NCBI GenBank assembly: GCA_949372765.1
Contig: CASIAU010000001.1
Location: 108,747 to 172,746, forward strand
Source of the DNA: an uncultured Pseudomonadales bacterium
GTDB taxonomy: Bacteria > Pseudomonadota > Gammaproteobacteria > Pseudomonadales > Porticoccaceae
Direction: 5' to 3'
Length of the DNA: 64,000 bases
Part shown: piece by piece, positions 1-8,564 of the stretch
How the letters are laid out: every line of letters begins with the position of its first letter
Numbering within the stretch: position 1 is the first letter of the stretch
Made by a program: the position numbers and the translations under genes
Notes under the pieces: generated by a model
Database searches by the model: none
The model's input: the letters and a program-made list of their open reading frames with translations, nothing else
What the model was told of the DNA's origin: nothing

Positions 1-355
1 TTTCCACCACGAAAACTGGAATACCTAACTTGCGCAACGGGTCGATAATTTTATTGCCATTGCCTGACTGCCAGGCAATCACTAAATCAGGCTCTAATGA
101 CAGTATTAACTCGTAATTAGCTGCGGCATGATTATTTACTCGCAGAATATCCTTGGCCTCTTCGGGATAGTTACTGTATTCATCCGCTCCAACGATTTTT
201 TCACCAGCGCCTATATGAAAGAGGACTTCGGTAATATTAGGGGCAAGACTAACAATCCGTTTTGCCGGCGCCGCAAGTTTGATCTGTTGCCCATTGTCAT
301 CAACGACAACAACCTCAGCAGCAGTAACCACAGACAGCCAAGCCAAGATAATCAT
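1..355 (-). CDS. btuF: Periplasmic vitamin B12-binding protein BtuF-like; 5' portion only, 3' end lies beyond position 1
   Basis: Absent from the ORF track because it runs off the window. My minus-strand translation from the ATG at 355 gives MIILAWLSVVTAAEVVVVDDNGQQIKLAAPAKRIVSLAPNITEVLFHIGAGEKIVGADEYSNYPEEAKDILRVNNHAAANYELILSLEPDLVIAWQSGNGNKIIDPLRKLGIPVFVVE. It has a short signal-like N-terminus, then the RIVSLxPxxTE, YSxYP and PDLVIAW pattern of BtuF-type class III binding proteins. It is the last gene of the B12 operon. Confidence 0.8.
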   Translation of the reverse strand, partial: MIILAWLSVVTAAEVVVVDDNGQQIKLAAPAKRIVSLAPNITEVLFHIGAGEKIVGADEYSNYPEEAKDILRVNNHAAANYELILSLEPDLVIAWQSGNGNKIIDPLRKLGIPVFVVE

Positions 356-366
356 TAATACGCGCA

Positions 367-1140
367 CTAAGTAATCACCAGGGGTCGCTTTGTAATTGGA
401 TGTTCCGAGATAACTGCTTTCACCTTAAATACATCGTCTATTAAGGTTTCAGTTAACACCAGTTCTGGGCTACCTTGCGCCGCAATAACGCCACCATCGA
501 TAACTACTAGGTTATCAGCACAGCGTGCCGCTAAATTTAGATCATGCACAACCATTACAACGCCTACGCCTTTATTAGCAAGCTGGCGGACAATGTCCAA
601 AGTGAGTTTTTGATGTGAAAGATCAAAAGCTGAAGTGGGTTCATCAAGCACTAAAAACTGATCTCCCAACGCGCTGGACTGCCAAATTTGCGCTAGCACT
701 CGCGCCAATTGTACGCGCTGCTTTTCACCCCCGGACATCTGCGTATAAAAACGACGCTGAAGATAGCTTGCGTCCACTAATTCAAGAGCCTCGGCAATAA
801 TTTCCTGATCTTTAACAATTCCAGTCTGATGAGGAATACGCCCTAAACCAACAACTTCATCGGCGGTAAATGAGAAATTAAGTAATGTATGTTGCGGAAG
901 CACCGCTAACATTTGTGCCTTTTCTAATAGCGGCCATTGATTGAGCAAGCGACTATTAAGATACACATCTCCTTTACTGGCAGTCATATCTCCCGTCAGA
1001 ACCTTGAGTAAACTCGATTTACCTGCTCCATTTGGCCCTACAATGGCAGTGACCTTGCCCGCTTCAACCTCTAAACTTATATTGCGCAGTAGATCAAAGC
1101 CCGATAAATGGAGAGAAATGTCTTTAGCCAGCATAGTCAT
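367..1140 (-). CDS. btuD: ABC transporter ATP-binding protein, B12/siderophore (BtuD/FecE/HmuV) type
   Basis: Walker A GPNGAGKSS, ABC signature MSGGEKQRVQLARVLA, Walker B LVLDEPTSAFD. Sits between a FecCD-type permease and a BtuF-like gene in a riboswitch-led operon. Substrate is inferred from context. Confidence 0.85.
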   Translation of the reverse strand: MTMLAKDISLHLSGFDLLRNISLEVEAGKVTAIVGPNGAGKSSLLKVLTGDMTASKGDVYLNSRLLNQWPLLEKAQMLAVLPQHTLLNFSFTADEVVGLGRIPHQTGIVKDQEIIAEALELVDASYLQRRFYTQMSGGEKQRVQLARVLAQIWQSSALGDQFLVLDEPTSAFDLSHQKLTLDIVRQLANKGVGVVMVVHDLNLAARCADNLVVIDGGVIAAQGSPELVLTETLIDDVFKVKAVISEHPITKRPLVIT

Positions 1141-1143
1141 AAG

Positions 1144-2163
1144 CTAAACATCCTTACGTTGCTGTAATAGCAATACGACAAAGAATGGCGCCCCTAAGAT
1201 AGCCGTGAGAACACCTGTTGGTAATTCAGCTGGAATGACCACGACCCGTGCCAAGCTGTCTGCAATCACTAGTAACACTGCGCCTGCCAACCCAGAAGCG
1301 GGGATCAGCCAACGATGATCAGGCCCAATCATTAGCCGTATAATATGCGGCATAATCAAACCCACAAATCCTACCAACCCAGCAACGGCGACGCACACAC
1401 CAACACCCAACGCTGTTAACGCAATTAATCGGCGCTTGACCCACTGCACATTAATGCCTAAGTGGCGCGCCTCGGATTCGCCCAACAACAAGGCATTCAG
1501 CGCCTTGCTATCACGAGGAAATAAACTCATCAATAGGACGGCTACCACACCCATAATAGATACTTTTAACCAACTAGCTCCGCTGAGATTCCCCATCTGC
1601 CAAAGGCTTATTTGTCGTAACATATCATTATCAGAAAAATAACTGAGTAAACTGTTAAGAGCACCAGCCAAAGCACCGATAGCGATCCCGGCCAACAGCA
1701 TAGTAGTGACGGATGTACCCATGCCTGAGGTCGCCAACCGATAGACCAGTAAAGTAGCTAAAAAGCCACCAACAAAAGCACCTATCGACACTAGTGAAAG
1801 TCCGACTAATGCGCCGCCTTGAATAGCGCCACCCGCAGTCACAATCATTATGCTAGCACCTACAGAGGCACCACTCGATACCCCGATTAACGAGGGGTCG
1901 GCTAAAGGGTTTCGAAATAATCCCTGCATGACCGCGCCAGTACTGGCTAATACAGCACCCACAAAAATAGCTAATAGAATTCGCGGTAAACGGATATCAA
2001 ATAAGATAGTGTTAATTTGAGTGCCAGACGCATTTCCAAAAACAGCACTCAATGCGTCTCGCCAAGAAATGCTAACGGTGCCCACAGTCAGGGAGAAAAG
2101 CGCCACAACTGGTAATAAAATTACCAGTATGCCGATTAGCCTTCCCGAAGAAAAATGTCGCAA
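1144..2163 (-). CDS. btuC: FecCD-family ABC permease (BtuC-like)
   Basis: 339 aa polytopic membrane protein with Gly/Ala-rich helices typical of FecCD/BtuC permeases (RLPRILLAIFVGAVLASTGAVMQGLFRNPLADPSLIGVSSGAS). Its stop is 4 nt from the ATPase start. Confidence 0.88.
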   Translation of the reverse strand: MRHFSSGRLIGILVILLPVVALFSLTVGTVSISWRDALSAVFGNASGTQINTILFDIRLPRILLAIFVGAVLASTGAVMQGLFRNPLADPSLIGVSSGASVGASIMIVTAGGAIQGGALVGLSLVSIGAFVGGFLATLLVYRLATSGMGTSVTTMLLAGIAIGALAGALNSLLSYFSDNDMLRQISLWQMGNLSGASWLKVSIMGVVAVLLMSLFPRDSKALNALLLGESEARHLGINVQWVKRRLIALTALGVGVCVAVAGLVGFVGLIMPHIIRLMIGPDHRWLIPASGLAGAVLLVIADSLARVVVIPAELPTGVLTAILGAPFFVVLLLQQRKDV

Positions 2164-2778
2164 TTAATAGTCCACGCCCTTGCGAGCCATAATACCTGAG
2201 TGGTATGCGTGCTTTATATCTTTGACTTCAGAGACAGTATCGACAAGATCTCTTATAGCGCTACCACCGCCTCGACCTGTGACCACAACACTTTGACTCT
2301 TAGGTCGGTTTTTAATCGCTGACAGTACTTTTTTTTCATCAAGATATTTAAAACTTAACATATAAGTCAGTTCATCCATCACCACAAGATGGTAGCTATC
2401 ATCTCTGAGCATTGGCTCAACCACAGCCCAGGTTCGCTCTGCAGCAGCTATATCGCCAGATCGATCTTGAGTATCCCAGGTAAAGCCCGTACCCATCTGA
2501 TAAAAATCCACCTCAGGTAAATTGTTTTTGAGATAAAGCTCTTCACCGGAAAGTTGCTCACCTTTTATGAATTGAACGACACCGACTCGATATCCGTAAC
2601 CCAAGGCACGCAATACCATGCCAAATGCCGAGCTAGTTTTACCCTTGCCATCACCGGTCAACAAAATAGAAACGCCGCGCTCCTCACTTGCCGCTGCAAT
2701 ACTGGCATCAATCTTCTCTTTCTGCTTTTCCATCTTCTTTTGATGTCGCTGATCTTTTTTACTATTTTCGTCGTCCAT
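2164..2778 (-). CDS. cobO: Cob(I)yrinic acid a,c-diamide / cob(I)alamin adenosyltransferase (CobO/BtuR/CobA type)
   Basis: P-loop GDGKGKTSSAFG followed by VGVVQFIKG and VVMDELTY, characteristic of CobA/BtuR. Abuts btuC (2163/2164). Confidence 0.9.
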   Translation of the reverse strand: MDDENSKKDQRHQKKMEKQKEKIDASIAAASEERGVSILLTGDGKGKTSSAFGMVLRALGYGYRVGVVQFIKGEQLSGEELYLKNNLPEVDFYQMGTGFTWDTQDRSGDIAAAERTWAVVEPMLRDDSYHLVVMDELTYMLSFKYLDEKKVLSAIKNRPKSQSVVVTGRGGGSAIRDLVDTVSEVKDIKHAYHSGIMARKGVDY

Positions 2779-2789
2779 CTGTTTAAACC

Positions 2790-3710
2790 TTAGATATTAA
2801 ATTGAATTGCTGAGGGCAATCCCTCAGGCAAAGAATGAATTTCAGGATGTAAAGTGTGGGCCATAATTTCAAGAGCATCTACTAAACGAGGCCCTGGACG
2901 GCTAAAATAAGCATTGCCATCTACTAAAAATACCTTGGTATTTCTACGATTGGAAAGGTTGCCAAAGCCAGCAGTCTTTAGGAATAGATCAACATCTTGT
3001 AGAGATCGCTCAACATTAAAACCACAGAGTGCAATAAAAATAACGTCTGGTTGAGCCGCAATTAACTGCTGCCAGGTACGACGTTGAGAGGGTTCACGTT
3101 TTGCACCGAAACAGGGCTCGCCTCCAGAGAGAGAAATAATCTCAGGGCTCCAGTGTCCTCCGTCAAATAACGGATCAAGCCAATCTAGTAAGGCTACTTT
3201 GGGCTTGTGTTCGGTCCTAATCGTCGCTGACCGCTTAGCCACTGTATCAATGCGAGCCTGCAGTTCTTTTCTATAGCGCACACCCTGCTCAACACAGTTA
3301 GCCGCCAACGCCAAAAGTTCAACTGTATCGAGAACATCATTAAGACAAATTGGCTCTAGATTCACCACCTTCGGATTACCCGATAGCCCGTGAATCGCTT
3401 TAGCTACATCATTACCCGAAACAGCACAGACATCACACAGAGCCTGAGTCACAATTAAATCAGGCTCAAGGTTAATCAAGGCGTCCATCACTAGATCATA
3501 GAGCGCCTCATCATTCTTAAGCTGATCAGTGACTAACCGATCTATTTCAACACTATCTAGTCCAGGAGGAATGCGCGAACTAGTCAGAATCGGAAGGCCA
3601 ACCACAGAGGGTGGATAATCGCATTCATGAGAGACACCGACTAAATGATCACGCAGGCCAAGACCGCAAATTAATTCGGTGGCACTTGGTAACAGTGACA
3701 CTATCTTCAT
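2790..3710 (-). CDS. BtuF-like (class III periplasmic-binding-protein fold) cobalamin-binding protein without signal peptide, predicted cytoplasmic
   Basis: Starts directly with MKIVSLLPSATELICGLGLRDHLVGVSHECDYPP. This is the first strand and motif that follows the cleaved signal in BtuF. No upstream in-frame start is available in the ORF. It overlaps the upstream DUF71 gene by 4 nt. Confidence 0.7.
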   Translation of the reverse strand: MKIVSLLPSATELICGLGLRDHLVGVSHECDYPPSVVGLPILTSSRIPPGLDSVEIDRLVTDQLKNDEALYDLVMDALINLEPDLIVTQALCDVCAVSGNDVAKAIHGLSGNPKVVNLEPICLNDVLDTVELLALAANCVEQGVRYRKELQARIDTVAKRSATIRTEHKPKVALLDWLDPLFDGGHWSPEIISLSGGEPCFGAKREPSQRRTWQQLIAAQPDVIFIALCGFNVERSLQDVDLFLKTAGFGNLSNRRNTKVFLVDGNAYFSRPGPRLVDALEIMAHTLHPEIHSLPEGLPSAIQFNI

Positions 3711-4405
3711 GGTGACTCCTCCAATAGCAGGTCAGCATAGACAAAACCATCCCGATTAACCACCTCCCCAGCCACTAGAGAAATTTTATGTTTAAACATT
3801 GGTCCATCCCAAGCAAATGTGTGAAACTCGCCGTTTTCACCGCAAGGGTCAACAGATAAAGGTAGCACTTCCAATAATTTATTTGAAAATTCACTTCCAA
3901 CCAGCCGCTCGGGCATTACCCGCGGATCGAGACAGGTAATTTTAGCTTTGAGGCCACCACTAATCATCTGTTGAGCCAATTTATCGGTGGGGATTTTCCA
4001 AAGAGGAAATACTAGATCTAATCCAATACCCGCCATCTGTTTCTCACGATAAGCTCGAACATCCTCTAAAAAAAGATCTCCAAATGCTATGACATCCGGT
4101 TGCAATAATAAACACGCATCGTCTAAAGCCTTCGCCATAGCGGCTTCATACTCCAGATTACTGCAAGGCCAAGGTAGAGGGACCTCGATTAAGGGTAATC
4201 GAGCGGCTTTTGCCTGGAGGCGCAACAGCTGTTGCCGGACACCGTGAATCGCAGAGCGATTAAACACACTATTGAAGGTGGTAAGTAATCCTACCACCTC
4301 AATAAGCGAGTCCTGTTGTAACTGATACAAAGTCCAAGCCGAGTCTTTACCGCTACTCCAAGAGAGTAGCACTCGTTTGATCCCTGTATCAGTTGTTGGG
4401 GACAT
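3707..4405 (-). CDS. DUF71 / Dph6-like N-type ATP pyrophosphatase (adenine nucleotide alpha-hydrolase superfamily)
   Basis: PP-loop variant SWSSGKDS near the N-terminus and the family hallmark GENGEFHTF near the C-terminus; 232 aa. Lies between btuB and the cytoplasmic BtuF-like gene. Confidence 0.72.
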   Translation of the reverse strand: MSPTTDTGIKRVLLSWSSGKDSAWTLYQLQQDSLIEVVGLLTTFNSVFNRSAIHGVRQQLLRLQAKAARLPLIEVPLPWPCSNLEYEAAMAKALDDACLLLQPDVIAFGDLFLEDVRAYREKQMAGIGLDLVFPLWKIPTDKLAQQMISGGLKAKITCLDPRVMPERLVGSEFSNKLLEVLPLSVDPCGENGEFHTFAWDGPMFKHKISLVAGEVVNRDGFVYADLLLEESP

Positions 4406-4413
4406 ACATTTTC

Positions 4414-6318
4414 CTACAGGCTGTAGCGCACTCCTAAACTAGCACCAAAACCTAGTGTCTGATAACCGAATACCTCCTCGTAATCATCATCTAGGGCGTT
4501 TTCTAACTTTAGGTAAATATCAAGTTTCTCGCTCGGCGCATAGTTAAGGTTAATATTGAGCAAAGTATGGCTACCTAAATCAACAACTTGCGATGGCTCA
4601 GGGAAAGGTGGAAAGTACACGTCTGTTTGCTCTCCCGTAAATTGAATATTAGTATTTAAATACAGATTATCGGATGCCTGCCATCCTAGGTTTAAACTCG
4701 CGGTATGTTGCGGTCTTCTCACTTCTCTAACCGAATCATCTCCCGTTGAATCAGTGTATGTATAGGCGCCGGAAAGTGACAAAGATTCAGAAAGATTACC
4801 AGCGGCACTTATTTCTCCGCCTCTACGTTCGCTTGCGCCGTCTATATTACTGGACGTATAAGCAAAGGTCGTTGGGTCTAACACAAATCCATTTATTTCA
4901 TTCTCTAAGTCTGCATCAAAAAGAGTCAGCGATAACGTAGCATCACCGCCCATGAGTTGCTGATCAACTCCCAACTCCCAACTTGTAGACTCTTCAGGAA
5001 TTAGATTTGGGTTGCCAATAAAGTTTGTGTAAAAACCAAAACGCTCTGTAAATGTTGGGTTTTTTACCGCCGTACCAACTGCGCTTCGAAGACGTGTATT
5101 CTCTGATAATCGATAAATGGCTTCTGCTCTAAATGTATTTGCACCGTCGAACTCAGAATTATCATCATGTCGACCACTGGCGGCCAGTGTTAATTGGTTA
5201 CTGATATCCGTTCGATACTCAATGGCCAAACTATTAGTATCACGTTCACGATCTTGATTTGGGTCATAAACACCCCAAGAAATTTCGCCTCGCTGCATCC
5301 ACTCTTCTTCCTCCCGCTCAACTAAAACCGAGAGAGTCTGTGCACCCTGAGCCCAAGATAGCGACCCCGTATATTGATATTGGTCTTTGGTCGAAGCGGT
5401 TACATTACCCTGCACACCATCAGCGAAAGCGGTATTATCACTTTTCGCTCTGCTAATCAGAATTTTATGCTGCCAAGCCCCATCTCGAGAGGAATAGTCA
5501 CCTTGCAGGCGCATAGTGCTATTTTCAAATTCCGACATTCTGTCTTGATCTTCAATAATGCCGTCAAAATCATTATCGGCATCAAATTGATTCATACCAT
5601 CAGACTCCCGAGCAGCAAATGAAAGAGTCATTTGATCATTCATCTTCAAGCCTGATTTAAGATTAACAGTAGTATTGCGGTAACCATCATTTTCGGCCCC
5701 TGAGCGGGCGATATTATCTCCCTCTGACTCGACATGACTCAGACCAAAGCGAATATCGAAATCATCTTGTTTGTGACCAAGGCTAAATCCACTGTGATGG
5801 GTAGACCAGCTACCACTTTCGACAAAAAGACCGATACCCGAAGTGTCTGCACTGCGGGTAATAATATTCACAACACCTGCAACCGCATCGCTGCCTCGCA
5901 GCGAGCTCTGTGGACCGCGTACAATTTCAATACGCTCAATGTCAGACGCGGTTAGGGTTCCCCAGCTAAACTCATCACCCTGAGATGGGTCATTAGCCTC
6001 AACACCATCCACCGTGACTAGCAAATGGTTGGCCTCAGCGCCGCGCACACGAATCTGAGTTTGCGACCCTAAGACTCCAACTTGACTCACAGAGAAACCA
6101 GGAACGTCGCGAAGGATGTTACTGAGACTTACCGTGGCACGGTTTTTTAGCTGCTCTCTATCAATAATGGTCACAGCATTACCTGATCGGCTGGCTGCAA
6201 TAGGGACTAAGGAGGCGCTGACCAACACTTCCTGAATTTCTGTATCAATGACAGTCTGTGCCTGTAATGATGTAGCCGACACTAATACTGCTAACGATAA
6301 AAGGAGTATTTTTCTCAT
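4414..6318 (-). CDS. btuB: TonB-dependent outer-membrane cobalamin receptor
   Basis: Signal peptide MRKILLLSLAVLVSATSLQAQ and a TonB-box-like region (EVLVSAS). The plug domain carries IEIVRGPQSSLRGSDAVAGVVNIITR, and the C-terminus ends GASLGVRYSL. Sits directly downstream of a cobalamin riboswitch. Start set at M29 of the track ORF (ATG 6318, preceded by GAGGAAATT). Confidence 0.9.
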   Translation of the reverse strand: MRKILLLSLAVLVSATSLQAQTVIDTEIQEVLVSASLVPIAASRSGNAVTIIDREQLKNRATVSLSNILRDVPGFSVSQVGVLGSQTQIRVRGAEANHLLVTVDGVEANDPSQGDEFSWGTLTASDIERIEIVRGPQSSLRGSDAVAGVVNIITRSADTSGIGLFVESGSWSTHHSGFSLGHKQDDFDIRFGLSHVESEGDNIARSGAENDGYRNTTVNLKSGLKMNDQMTLSFAARESDGMNQFDADNDFDGIIEDQDRMSEFENSTMRLQGDYSSRDGAWQHKILISRAKSDNTAFADGVQGNVTASTKDQYQYTGSLSWAQGAQTLSVLVEREEEEWMQRGEISWGVYDPNQDRERDTNSLAIEYRTDISNQLTLAASGRHDDNSEFDGANTFRAEAIYRLSENTRLRSAVGTAVKNPTFTERFGFYTNFIGNPNLIPEESTSWELGVDQQLMGGDATLSLTLFDADLENEINGFVLDPTTFAYTSSNIDGASERRGGEISAAGNLSESLSLSGAYTYTDSTGDDSVREVRRPQHTASLNLGWQASDNLYLNTNIQFTGEQTDVYFPPFPEPSQVVDLGSHTLLNINLNYAPSEKLDIYLKLENALDDDYEEVFGYQTLGFGASLGVRYSL

Positions 6319-6399
6319 AATTTCCTCTAACACTCTCACCCGAGTGAATGGATTTAAAGTATGCGAGGAACATAGAAAAGGCAGAGGGACAAAGACTGT

Positions 6400-6605
6400 C
6401 AATCAGCACAATACCGCACCCCGCGGTTTGTCTGCGTAGCAAAAGGCAGGTCTCCGGACTCATAAGTGAGCAAACGCTCTATTTGGTAACCTTCCCATGC
6501 CGAAGCACAGTGGTATCCAACCAAATACTCTTATTTACCGTTGCGGGGGCAGTGTCGGGATGACTTTCTGTTTCGTTGCAAAGTGCACCGACTTCCCTTT
6601 TCATT
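6400..6605 (-). promoter_or_regulatory. Cobalamin (B12) riboswitch in the btuB leader
   Basis: The minus strand reads AAAAGGGAAGTCGGTGCA...CTGCCCCCGCAACGGTAA...CCACTGTGCTTCGGCATGGGAAGG...AGTCCGGAGACCTGCC. The last block is the B12 box (plus-strand GGCAGGTCTCCGGACT at 6446-6461). Downstream, TTCCTC could pair with the btuB Shine-Dalgarno GAGGAA, giving a possible RBS sequestrator. Boundaries are approximate. Confidence 0.9.
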
Positions 6606-6664
6606 TCTTTACGCCAAATACTGATATGACGAAAAGAAAACCTTTTGCAGAAGCAAGAGAGGGC

Positions 6665-6693
6665 AATTTACTCTGAGGACATAAAATTGTCAA
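6665..6693 (-). promoter_or_regulatory. Candidate sigma70 promoter of the riboswitch-btuB operon
   Basis: Minus strand TTGACA (6693-6688), 17 nt spacer, TAAATT (6670-6665), about 55 nt upstream of the riboswitch core. Motif match only. Confidence 0.45.
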
Positions 6694-6772
6694 ACGACAT
6701 CGTTGGAAAATTGAACATTAGACTGTTAATCTGGCCGGATAAAATGAGTCGCTAAACAAACAAGGAACAAAC

Positions 6773-7057
6773 ATGCTCGCAGTGTTGATAAAAAGAACGT
6801 TGGCGTCAGAAATGGAATCGACCTATGAAGCGTTCTCTCGGAAAATGATTCAAGCGGCTGTGCCTGCCAAAGGGTTCATTTCTAGTAAGGCGTTTAAAGA
6901 TTTAAAAGATAGCAAAATCCGCTACACGCTAATCCAAATGGAGTGCTTAGCCGATTGGAAAGCGTGGTATGAGTCTGAGGAGCGCCGTGCTGCTTTGATG
7001 CACATACAGCCTCTGCTAAAAGAAGATGAATACATTTCGATCTTGACGACGGCTTAA
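6773..7057 (+). CDS. Small ABM-fold (antibiotic biosynthesis monooxygenase-like) protein
   Basis: 94 aa with the pattern GFISSKAF..L.D...RYTLIQMECLADWKAWYESEERRAAL, typical of single-domain ABM/ferredoxin-like proteins. Family call is from pattern recognition only. Confidence 0.55.
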   Translation: MLAVLIKRTLASEMESTYEAFSRKMIQAAVPAKGFISSKAFKDLKDSKIRYTLIQMECLADWKAWYESEERRAALMHIQPLLKEDEYISILTTA

Positions 7058-8424
7058 GTTAGCGCCTCTAGGGCATCGGTCACCTTGCGTACAGGCACTA
7101 TCGTCATACCTTTAATAGGTTGTTTAGGCATATTACCTGCTGGGACAATAGCATGGCTAAAGCCATGCTTAGCTGCCTCACGCAAACGCTCTTGACCATT
7201 GGCAACCGGTCGAATTTCACCTGCCAATCCGACCTCACCGAAGACCACTAAATCTTTCGGGAGAGAGGTGTCTCTAAAACTGGATATCACTGACAGTATC
7301 AATGCTAAATCTGCGCTGGTCTCCAAGACTTTGACACCCCCAACAACATTGACAAAAACGTCCTGATCACCGACAGATATACCCCCATGCCGATGCAGTA
7401 CCGCCAGTAGCATTGACAGACGATTATGATCTAGACCCACCGTGACTCGTCGGGGATTACCCAAATGACTATCATCAACTAATGCCTGCAATTCCACTAA
7501 AAGAGGCCGCGTGCCCTCCCAGACCACCATTACCACACTACCTGATGACACCTCTTCTCCACGCTGCAGGAAAATAGCTGAAGGGTTGGGTACTTCGCGC
7601 AGACCCTTATCAGTCATGGCAAAAACGCCAAGTTCATTAACTGCACCAAAGCGGTTCTTATTGCTGCGCAGGGTTCTGAATTGACTGTCGCTAGACCCCT
7701 CTAACATCAGAGAACAATCAATCATATGTTCCAATACTTTGGGTCCCGCCAATGACCCATCTTTTGTAACATGGCCAACCATGATCAGCACAGTTCCAGT
7801 CTGTTTGGCAAACCTTACGAGCATGGCAGCACTCTCTCTCACCTGAGAAATACTGCCAGGCGCAGAGGCAACCTCTGCGATATGCATCACCTGAATTGAG
7901 TCAATGACTACAATTTTTGGGCGCTTTTGCTCGGCGATTGCGCAAACGGTTTCCACTGAAGTCTCGGCCATAATCTCAAGCTTTTTAGTCGGCAAGCCCA
8001 GTCGATTAGCTCGCATGGCCACCTGTTGTGGTGATTCTTCACCGGTAACATACAAAGCACTATTACTTTCTGCCATGGCGCAGAGTGTTTGCAGTAATAC
8101 CGTGCTCTTGCCTGCACCAGGTTCACCACCGAGTAACACACAGGATCCTGGGACAAATCCACCTCCCAGAACTAAATCTAATTCACCGGTACCAGAACTA
8201 ATTCTTGGAATTTCATCAAGAGCAATATCAGCAAGGGTTTTGACCACACTGTCCACATTACCAGTAAAGCCCGAGCGCAATACCGCACCTCCCCTAGAGG
8301 GGCTGCCAAGGCGCACCTCAGAAAGCGTATTCCATGCATTGCATTCACTGCACTGACCCTGCCACTTGCCATAATCTGCGCCGCAATCATTGCAAACATA
8401 GGCTGATTTAGTTTTGATCACCAT
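7054..8424 (-). CDS. radA: DNA repair protein RadA/Sms
   Basis: N-terminal zinc finger CNDCGADYGKWQGQCSECNAWNT, Walker A GGEPGAGKST, KNRFG motif, and a Lon-protease-like C-terminal domain. Confidence 0.97.
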   Translation of the reverse strand: MVIKTKSAYVCNDCGADYGKWQGQCSECNAWNTLSEVRLGSPSRGGAVLRSGFTGNVDSVVKTLADIALDEIPRISSGTGELDLVLGGGFVPGSCVLLGGEPGAGKSTVLLQTLCAMAESNSALYVTGEESPQQVAMRANRLGLPTKKLEIMAETSVETVCAIAEQKRPKIVVIDSIQVMHIAEVASAPGSISQVRESAAMLVRFAKQTGTVLIMVGHVTKDGSLAGPKVLEHMIDCSLMLEGSSDSQFRTLRSNKNRFGAVNELGVFAMTDKGLREVPNPSAIFLQRGEEVSSGSVVMVVWEGTRPLLVELQALVDDSHLGNPRRVTVGLDHNRLSMLLAVLHRHGGISVGDQDVFVNVVGGVKVLETSADLALILSVISSFRDTSLPKDLVVFGEVGLAGEIRPVANGQERLREAAKHGFSHAIVPAGNMPKQPIKGMTIVPVRKVTDALEALT

Positions 8425-8462
8425 AAAACGTTCCCTAATCCATGATTGCTATTTAAGCCCAT

Positions 8463-8482
8463 TACTGTAGTTATGTACAGTA
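8463..8482. promoter_or_regulatory. LexA (SOS) box
   Basis: TACTGTAGTTATGTACAGTA fits CTGT-N8-ACAG and closely matches the gammaproteobacterial consensus TACTG(TA)5CAGTA. Located in the 140-bp divergent region between radA (ATG 8424) and the ORF starting at 8565. Confidence 0.75.
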
Positions 8483-8564
8483 TTAACGCTATCCAAATAG
8501 TATTCGTGTTTTAACAAGTTAGGTTTATGTCGTTCGAGCAATAGCTTTCTGATAGAGTAACCAG

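Noticed and set aside
6319-6402. N-terminal 28-aa extension of the btuB ORF as drawn in the ORF track.
   Set aside because: The extension would be translated from inside the riboswitch expression platform. A canonical signal peptide begins at the internal Met (ATG 6318), which has a GAGGAA Shine-Dalgarno.
7054-7057. Convergent gene pairs with overlapping stop codons and no intergenic terminator (ABM gene/radA at 7054-7057; aceK/gspB at 12050-12053).
   Set aside because: This is seen twice, but it is most simply explained by genome compaction. No structure suggests a dedicated regulatory role.
7904-8356. 150-aa ORF antisense to radA, and similar shadow ORFs at 128-358, 14381-14710, 41760-42149 and 43720-44052.
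   Set aside because: They are fully nested opposite confidently identified genes and show no recognisable motifs.
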